The notes below the pieces were generated by a model. That model did no database searches. It saw nothing but the letters and a program-made list of their open reading frames with translations, and was not told the origin of the DNA. DNA of 64,000 nucleotides from an uncultured virus (IMG/VR IMGVR_UViG_3300034116_001553) (taxonomy: Duplodnaviria > Heunggongvirae > Uroviricota > Caudoviricetes), in the IMG/VR virus record IMGVR_UViG_3300034116_001553. One strand, 5' to 3'. The translations under genes and the position numbers were made by a program. Of this stretch, positions 57,971-64,000 are shown piece after piece. Within the stretch, counting starts at the first letter, position 1, and the number at the start of each line of letters is the position of its first letter.

Positions 57971-59027
57971 AATTGAACTTAAAAATAGAAATACAGATAA
58001 TCTTCACTCAGTTTATATTGACGTCTATGATAGTTCATTATCTCGTAAATGGTTAAATGCATTAAACGGTTTGTTAACAAATGACTCTCATTTAGAAAAA
58101 AATTTTTGTTTTTTAGGATTTACTCAAAGTCAGCGCAATGGGTGGTACATTCTTGAACAGGTAAACAAATCAATAAATGCAATTAATCAAGCAAATATTG
58201 GATATACCATTGATGATTATTTTACAATGGAAAACACTATCACTGATGATCCTGTAGGATCAAGAACAGTTGGTAGGAATATGATTCATGAACGCTTGAA
58301 TTGGTTGCATCGTTATTTTGAAGACCTTCAGGGCGTAAGCGGTAGCATGTCGGTTTATTTTAATCACGCCAGTGCTGACATACGCTGGCATATAAGACAA
58401 TTAAATTTACTCTGTCATGAGTTTGAAACATGGGCATTGAGTTATCGTAAAGAAATAGAAGCACCTGAGTGGCAACGACCCAGCCAACTAATGTGTTGGT
58501 TAAATGCGCCAAGATTTACTCTTGACGAAAATGACTATGATTTATTTGGTATTGAAACAATAAACCGCAGTCTTGGAGGAGTGTTTGTTGGAGTTAACAA
58601 GGCAATTGGAAAACATCATTGGGAAGTATTCATGGACGAAGGCCGTGACAGTCGAGTTAGTGAATTAGTCACTACCTCTATGCGCAGTCAGACTGAAGCC
58701 GCTGGAGATTTTGATATTGAGTGGGCAAATAATCCAGGTAATCACAGCTGGCAACAAATTAAACTAGCTGAATTTAAAGAATGGTTAATAGTCAATGGGT
58801 TTGACCCTAATGATAAACTATTAACCATTGGGCATCCTCAAGTGGGACAAGTAGATTTAAAACGTAGTTTTAACACAGAAGATTACCTGACCGTTTGGAA
58901 TCAATTAAATAATAGTCTAGATGTATACAGCGTGAGTACCAGCAGTAGTTGTGCTATATACGACTATCATTGGTCAGACTCAGACTTTATAGACCGTCAG
59001 ATAAACATAATCAATCGAAAGAACTAA
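57939..59027 (+). CDS. Hypothetical protein
   Basis: 362 aa; LNWLHRYFE, LNLLCHEFE and GKHHWEVFMDE His/Glu motifs could bind metal; family not recognised. Confidence 0.65.
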   Translation: MAGGKILEQIKIELKNRNTDNLHSVYIDVYDSSLSRKWLNALNGLLTNDSHLEKNFCFLGFTQSQRNGWYILEQVNKSINAINQANIGYTIDDYFTMENTITDDPVGSRTVGRNMIHERLNWLHRYFEDLQGVSGSMSVYFNHASADIRWHIRQLNLLCHEFETWALSYRKEIEAPEWQRPSQLMCWLNAPRFTLDENDYDLFGIETINRSLGGVFVGVNKAIGKHHWEVFMDEGRDSRVSELVTTSMRSQTEAAGDFDIEWANNPGNHSWQQIKLAEFKEWLIVNGFDPNDKLLTIGHPQVGQVDLKRSFNTEDYLTVWNQLNNSLDVYSVSTSSSCAIYDYHWSDSDFIDRQINIINRKN

Positions 59028-59028
59028 T

Positions 59029-59130
59029 ATGAACTGGTTAAAAAACTTAATCAATAGAATTAAACTTGAAATAAGATATAGAAAAAAACTCAAAGAGTTA
59101 CGTAAACGAGATCCATTTATCTACAAATGA
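59029..59130 (+). CDS. 33-aa basic peptide upstream of carbamoyltransferase (absent from ORF track)
   Basis: MNWLKNLINRIKLEIRYRKKLKELRKRDPFIYK; begins 1 nt after the previous stop and overlaps the next ATG (ATGA). Confidence 0.7.
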   Translation: MNWLKNLINRIKLEIRYRKKLKELRKRDPFIYK

Positions 59131-60623
59131 AAAAATACCTAGGTATAAGTGCTGGTTTTCATGACGCTGCCGTATCGGTAATTGCTAATCAAGGCGATAT
59201 TTTATTTGCCGGCCACGCCGAACGCTACAGTAAAAGCAAGCATGATCCTCATATCAATCAAGACTTGGTAGCAGAGGCATTATCGTATGGCGAGCCAGAC
59301 GTTGTTGCTTTTTACGAAAAACCTTGGCTTAAAAAGCTAAGAAACTTTTACGCAGGACAATATAATGAAGCGTTGGATTTTACCGATATTACTGTTCGTA
59401 AGTATTTGCATAAACATGTACCTGTATCTTTTCATAAAGAGCCATTATTTTTACATGCTGGACATCATTTGTCCCATGCTGCCGCAGGATTCCAAACCAG
59501 TCCCTTTACCAAGGCCACCGTTGTCGTTATAGACGCAATAGGTGAATGGGATACTATTAGTATCTGGGGAGCAATGTACGATTCTACACATCGAGCAACT
59601 TATAAAAAGTTGTGGAGCCAACGGTATCCTCATAGTATAGGGTTGTTTTATAGTGCAATAACTAAACGTATTGGACTACACCCAATGGACGAAGAATACA
59701 TTACCATGGGCATGTCGGGATGGGGGAAATCCTCGTGGTATGAAAAAATGAATCAGGGTCTTATTGAAGATCTTGATACTATCAAGTTTAAAGATAATCT
59801 TCACACTGGATTAGATGCAACTTACTTAGAAGCTGCCACCAATGAAGACATTGCCGCATCAGCACAACAGCTAGTAGAAGAATTAATTGTCAATGTAATG
59901 AAACGTGCCAAGTCTTTAAATTGGAGCGATAATCTTGTATACATGGGAGGCGTGGCATTAAATTGCCTTGCAAATAGACATCTTGGAAACTATTTTAATA
60001 ATATTTGGATTATGCCTAATCCTGGCGACGCAGGCAGCAGTCTTGGCGCTGCCGCTTTGGCATACGGTCACAGAGTTAATTGGACTAGTGCTTTTCTTGG
60101 GCATGACATTCCTGGACCGTATCCAGTTAACAGTATACTTGATGAGCTACTTAAAAATCAAATTGTTGGAGTGGCTAGCGGTAGAGCAGAGTTTGGTCCT
60201 AGAGCACTGGGCAACCGCAGTTTATTGGCCGACCCAAGAGGATCAGAAATAAAGGATCGTGTAAATGAAATCAAACGCAGACAAAAATTCAGACCATTTG
60301 CGCCAGTCATTCTGGAGGAGCATGTTGATATGTATTTTGATATGCCTCGTGGCTTCAGTGACAGTAGGTATATGCAAGTCATCGCTCGTTGCAGGCATCC
60401 TCACATATTTCCTGCTATCGTTCACGTTGATGGCACTAGTCGTGTTCAGACAGTTCCGAATGATGGATCGGGAATTAGACAATTGTTGGCAAAGTGGTAC
60501 GTGATGACTGGTTGCCCAATGCTGTTAAACACCAGCTTAAACATACGTGGAGAGCCCATGGTTAATGATAGAGTCGATGCTGATAGATTTGAAAAATTAT
60601 ATGGAGTAACTGTATGCAGTTAA
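59127..60623 (+). CDS. O-carbamoyltransferase, NodU/CmcH/TobZ family
   Basis: LGISAGFHDAA, ERYS..KHD, HHLSHAA, DAIGE, GGVALNC, GDAG, EFGPRALGNRS, FRPFAP, HVDGTSRVQ, LNTSLN..GEP. Confidence 0.93.
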   Translation: MKKYLGISAGFHDAAVSVIANQGDILFAGHAERYSKSKHDPHINQDLVAEALSYGEPDVVAFYEKPWLKKLRNFYAGQYNEALDFTDITVRKYLHKHVPVSFHKEPLFLHAGHHLSHAAAGFQTSPFTKATVVVIDAIGEWDTISIWGAMYDSTHRATYKKLWSQRYPHSIGLFYSAITKRIGLHPMDEEYITMGMSGWGKSSWYEKMNQGLIEDLDTIKFKDNLHTGLDATYLEAATNEDIAASAQQLVEELIVNVMKRAKSLNWSDNLVYMGGVALNCLANRHLGNYFNNIWIMPNPGDAGSSLGAAALAYGHRVNWTSAFLGHDIPGPYPVNSILDELLKNQIVGVASGRAEFGPRALGNRSLLADPRGSEIKDRVNEIKRRQKFRPFAPVILEEHVDMYFDMPRGFSDSRYMQVIARCRHPHIFPAIVHVDGTSRVQTVPNDGSGIRQLLAKWYVMTGCPMLLNTSLNIRGEPMVNDRVDADRFEKLYGVTVCS

Positions 60624-62104
60624 CAGATATACCTGTTAAATTTAATTTTGCCAAACACATTTTTGGAAAAAAATTAGGAAATAAGATTGCATTAATTGAT
60701 GATACCAGCTCGATTAGTTATGAAATGCTTGAGCATAGATCTCGGGGATTTGCTAAAAGTCTCACAGACATGGGGTTAACAAGAGAAGATCGTGTGTTAA
60801 TATTAATGCCGGACACTATCGAATGCGGCATTGCAATACTAGGCTGTATATTAGGAGGATTTGTTCCGGTTATCGGAAATCCGTGGTCGCCTAAAAAAAC
60901 TATTTGTCACTTTATTGAATCCAGCGCCGCAAAAGTTATTATTTTTGCAAATAATAGAACAACACAAAATCAATCCATTGACAGTTACCTTGCTGAAACT
61001 ACACACAAGCCCAAGCATGTGTTATCTATTGAACAACTAAATATATTGAGTACTCCATCAAGTTTTGATCCCCCAACAACTCTAAGAGACGGCGAAGCAT
61101 TTTGGTTGTTTACCTCGGGCAGTACAGGAGAATCTAAATCAGTTGTACATTCTCATAGATCAATGATTGGTGTAGGGTTAGGCTACGGGATCGATGTAGG
61201 TTATAAGTCCGACGATATTGTTTTTGCCACATCAAAATTGTTTTTTAGTTGGGGAATAAGTAGTGCATTTATATCTCCATTGACTGTGGGAGCCACAACA
61301 ATATTGCATGGTAAATTACATACTCCTAGTACTGCGGCAAGGATATTTAAAAAACACAAACCCACGTTATTTGGATCAGTTCCGTCTTTTTATGTTGGAT
61401 TGTTAAATGAAAATTTACCAATTAACTATGGGTCTTTAAGATTGTGCGTAAGTGCTGGTGAGGCAATAACATCTACCATGCAACAACGATGGCAGGAGTT
61501 AACAAAATTACCTATCGTTGACGGGTACGGTAGTACCGAATTACTAGCACCGGTTATTGTGTCAGGAAAATTATTACCAGGATTTTCAGGAATGGTAAAA
61601 GATGCCAATGATTGTGTTGTACAAAATCAAGTGGGAGAATTGTATATTGATGGTCCGTCGATGGCTCTTAGATATCAAAATGAAACCAAAAAGTCCCAGG
61701 AAACTTTTATAGGTAAATGGTGTAAAACAGGAGACAAATTTATACAACAAGGTGATACATATCAGTTTGTTGGGCGTTCTAAAGATATGCTAAAAGTGAA
61801 TGCCAACTGGGTCAGCCCAGTAGAAATAGAAAATTTATTAATATCGCACGAATTGGTATTTGAAGCTGGTGTGTCGGGTATTGAGAACAGTGATGGGTTA
61901 ACAGAAATCGTTGCATACATTGTACTAGCACCCGATGTAGAAATCCCAGAAAATTTTGATCACCAATTAAAATCGTTGATAAAACACAAATTGGATTATT
62001 TTAAGTGCCCTAGGTACATTCGTGTAACCAAGGAATTACCCAAAAATACCAATGGAAAAATACAAAGGTACTTGCTAAATGAAACATATGAACAATCAAA
62101 ATAA
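60614..62104 (+). CDS. Acyl/aryl-CoA ligase (benzoate-CoA ligase-like ANL enzyme)
   Basis: WLFTSGSTG, SKLFFSWG, SAGEA, DGYGSTE, TGD, GRSKDMLKV..NWVSPVEIE, LPKNTNGKIQR. Confidence 0.88.
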   Translation: MQLTDIPVKFNFAKHIFGKKLGNKIALIDDTSSISYEMLEHRSRGFAKSLTDMGLTREDRVLILMPDTIECGIAILGCILGGFVPVIGNPWSPKKTICHFIESSAAKVIIFANNRTTQNQSIDSYLAETTHKPKHVLSIEQLNILSTPSSFDPPTTLRDGEAFWLFTSGSTGESKSVVHSHRSMIGVGLGYGIDVGYKSDDIVFATSKLFFSWGISSAFISPLTVGATTILHGKLHTPSTAARIFKKHKPTLFGSVPSFYVGLLNENLPINYGSLRLCVSAGEAITSTMQQRWQELTKLPIVDGYGSTELLAPVIVSGKLLPGFSGMVKDANDCVVQNQVGELYIDGPSMALRYQNETKKSQETFIGKWCKTGDKFIQQGDTYQFVGRSKDMLKVNANWVSPVEIENLLISHELVFEAGVSGIENSDGLTEIVAYIVLAPDVEIPENFDHQLKSLIKHKLDYFKCPRYIRVTKELPKNTNGKIQRYLLNETYEQSK

Positions 62105-63338
62105 ATCAATTTTAGTAGTTGGGGGCGGCACAGCTGGCTGGATGGCCGCTGGATATTATAGTAAAAAAGGATACCCAGTTACGCTGATAGAAAGTCCCGA
62201 CGTTAATGTAGTAGGGGTAGGAGAAAGCACGTTACCTGCTATGAACTGGTTTGCAAATTTTTTAGGCATGGAAGAAGAAGAATGGATGCCACTTAGTGAT
62301 TCAGTTTTTAAAATGGCAATCAAGCACGAAGGCTGGAACAATCGAGACTCAAACTGGTGGCATTGGTTTATCTATGATCGTACAACACATGAAGAACAAT
62401 TTGAGCACTTAAAAAATAACACATTACCCCCTCGTGAAAAATTAGAATACGGATATCATGTTGATGCATTTAAATTTGGCGACACTATTGCTAAAACAAC
62501 TGCACTCAAGCACGGATGTAAACACATTGTTGGTCACGTGACTGATGTTATTGGAAACCCTGAATCAGGGATAGAAAAATTAATAACCAGCACTGGCCTT
62601 GAATTGTCTGCTGATTTATACATTGATTGTACTGGTTGGCGCAAATTATTAGCAAGCAAAGTTGGCATGGAATATCATCGTTACGAACATTTGCTCAACG
62701 ATCGTGCAGTTACAACAGCACAGCCAAGTCTACCTACTATTAATAGATATACAACAACAATTGCTAAATCAGCTGGATGGATTTGGGAAATACCGTTGAC
62801 CACAAGACGAGGCTGTGGTTATGTTTATTCAAGTAAACACATATCTGATGAGCAGGCCGTTGAAGAATATTGTGAACATTATCCAGGAACCGATAAGAGC
62901 AAAATTAATTTTTTAAAATTTGTACCTGAAGTTTGTTTAAATCCTATAAATCAAAATGTTATCTGTGTTGGACTTGCTGGCGGATTTATTGAACCATTAG
63001 AAGCTACTAGTATATTTTTAACTCAGTATATGATTGTACAATCAGAAATGTTTGCATCAGGGGAACGTCCTGCTGGGGCTATTAACAGATCCCAGAAAAA
63101 AGTATTTGATCACACAGCAAAATTTGTTCTTTGTCATTATACATTGTCGGGCAGAACCGACACTGAGTACTGGAGATATTACAATGATCTTGAGAAAAAG
63201 ATCAACACGCTGAACTATGTCAAACAAAAAGCGGCAGAAAAAGATGTCGAACAATGGAATTCAACCAATTTATTTTTCCCATGCAGTTGGTGGGCAATGT
63301 TAAATGGTTATGAACTGATTCCTGCAGAACAAACATGA
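62088..63338 (+). CDS. Flavin-dependent halogenase, tryptophan halogenase (PrnA-like) family, copy 1
   Basis: VGGGTAGW, VGVGEST, FK (catalytic Lys position), WIWEIP (WxWxIP), GFIEPLEATSI. Confidence 0.88.
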   Translation: MNNQNKSILVVGGGTAGWMAAGYYSKKGYPVTLIESPDVNVVGVGESTLPAMNWFANFLGMEEEEWMPLSDSVFKMAIKHEGWNNRDSNWWHWFIYDRTTHEEQFEHLKNNTLPPREKLEYGYHVDAFKFGDTIAKTTALKHGCKHIVGHVTDVIGNPESGIEKLITSTGLELSADLYIDCTGWRKLLASKVGMEYHRYEHLLNDRAVTTAQPSLPTINRYTTTIAKSAGWIWEIPLTTRRGCGYVYSSKHISDEQAVEEYCEHYPGTDKSKINFLKFVPEVCLNPINQNVICVGLAGGFIEPLEATSIFLTQYMIVQSEMFASGERPAGAINRSQKKVFDHTAKFVLCHYTLSGRTDTEYWRYYNDLEKKINTLNYVKQKAAEKDVEQWNSTNLFFPCSWWAMLNGYELIPAEQT

Positions 63339-64000
63339 ACAATCAAATCAAATCCATTGTGGTTGTAGGCGGTGGTACAGCTGGCTGGATGAGTGCATGC
63401 TATATGGTTAAGCAAGGATTTGATGTAACATTAGTTGAAAGTCCTGATGTTCCTACCATTGGTGTAGGTGAAAGTTGTTTGCCTGCAATCGGTATTTTCT
63501 GTGATTCTCTTGGATTAAAAGAAGAGGAATGGATGCCTGAAGCAAATGCCAGACATAAAATAGGGATCTTCCATTACAATTGGCTTAGAGAAAAAGATAC
63601 TGTATGGAAACACTTCTTCTGCTATGATCGTAATAATTGTAATGGACAATATTATTTAGAGTCGGGAATATTGCCGCCAGTCAAAGAAGGCAAGTATGCT
63701 TATCATATTGATGCAATAGCGTTTGGACAAATGCTAAAGCGCAGAGTCGCTGACCCAGCCGGAGTAAAATATCTACAAGCGCACATTGTTGATATCAAAC
63801 AACACGAAAATGGGTATGTCAGCGGTTTGCTATTAGACAACGGGCAAACATTAAGCGCAGACTTTTATATTGACTGTTCAGGTCCTGCTAGACTTTTTGC
63901 AGATAAAGTTGGAATTAAATTCAGCAAGTATGGAGACATACTCAATGATCGTGCTGTGGTTTGTCCACAACAACTTGATCCAGGCCCACAACCGCAGTAT
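63335..64000 (+). CDS. Flavin-dependent halogenase family, copy 2 (runs off the window end)
   Basis: Manual translation MNNQIKSIVVVGGGTAGWMSAC...IGVGESC...HKIGIFHYNW...AYHIDA...ADFYIDCSG; tandem paralogue of copy 1. Confidence 0.85.
   Translation, partial: MNNQIKSIVVVGGGTAGWMSACYMVKQGFDVTLVESPDVPTIGVGESCLPAIGIFCDSLGLKEEEWMPEANARHKIGIFHYNWLREKDTVWKHFFCYDRNNCNGQYYLESGILPPVKEGKYAYHIDAIAFGQMLKRRVADPAGVKYLQAHIVDIKQHENGYVSGLLLDNGQTLSADFYIDCSGPARLFADKVGIKFSKYGDILNDRAVVCPQQLDPGPQPQY

Noticed and set aside
6060..60623. Saxitoxin-like pathway (amidinotransferase, carbamoyltransferase, SGNH protein, sulfotransferase, SxtK-like peptide)
   Set aside because: The family overlap is suggestive, but no SxtA-like PKS or other core genes are present, the genes are dispersed, and these families are common in other pathways.
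1..64000. Alternative genetic code (stop-codon reassignment)
   Set aside because: Standard-code ORFs tile the window densely, including a 14-kb ORF, and TAA, TGA and TAG all end genes.

Overview
A 64-kb segment of a large T4-like (myovirus-type) bacteriophage genome. No host housekeeping genes, tRNA, rRNA or CRISPR array were seen. The core modules are: portal (partial); a tape-measure-like protein with a lysozyme-like domain; gp26/gp51-like hub genes; gp46/gp47 recombination nuclease; gp55 late sigma factor; a GIY-YIG protein; and a long baseplate/tail operon (gp48/54-, gp53-, gp27-, gp5-, gp25-, gp6-like, a 4760-aa baseplate protein, fibres) preceded by TAAATA late-promoter motifs. Interleaved with these is an unusually large set of biosynthetic/tailoring enzymes: two amidinotransferases with an aminoacyl-tRNA-transferase-like GNAT, a sulfotransferase-like protein, a cobalamin-type radical SAM enzyme and an adenylate-forming enzyme. 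A separate >17-kb operon encodes glycosyltransferase-like proteins, five radical SAM paralogues with N-terminal Cys-rich auxiliary domains, a carbamoyltransferase, an acyl/aryl-CoA ligase and two flavin-dependent halogenases. Other notable items are a ~360-nt highly structured non-coding element (candidate large ncRNA, minus strand), a ~35-aa module shared by two unrelated enzymes, a candidate -1 frameshift joining the gp26- and gp51-like ORFs, and several apparently leaderless transcripts. All family calls come from motif recognition by eye; no database search was run.
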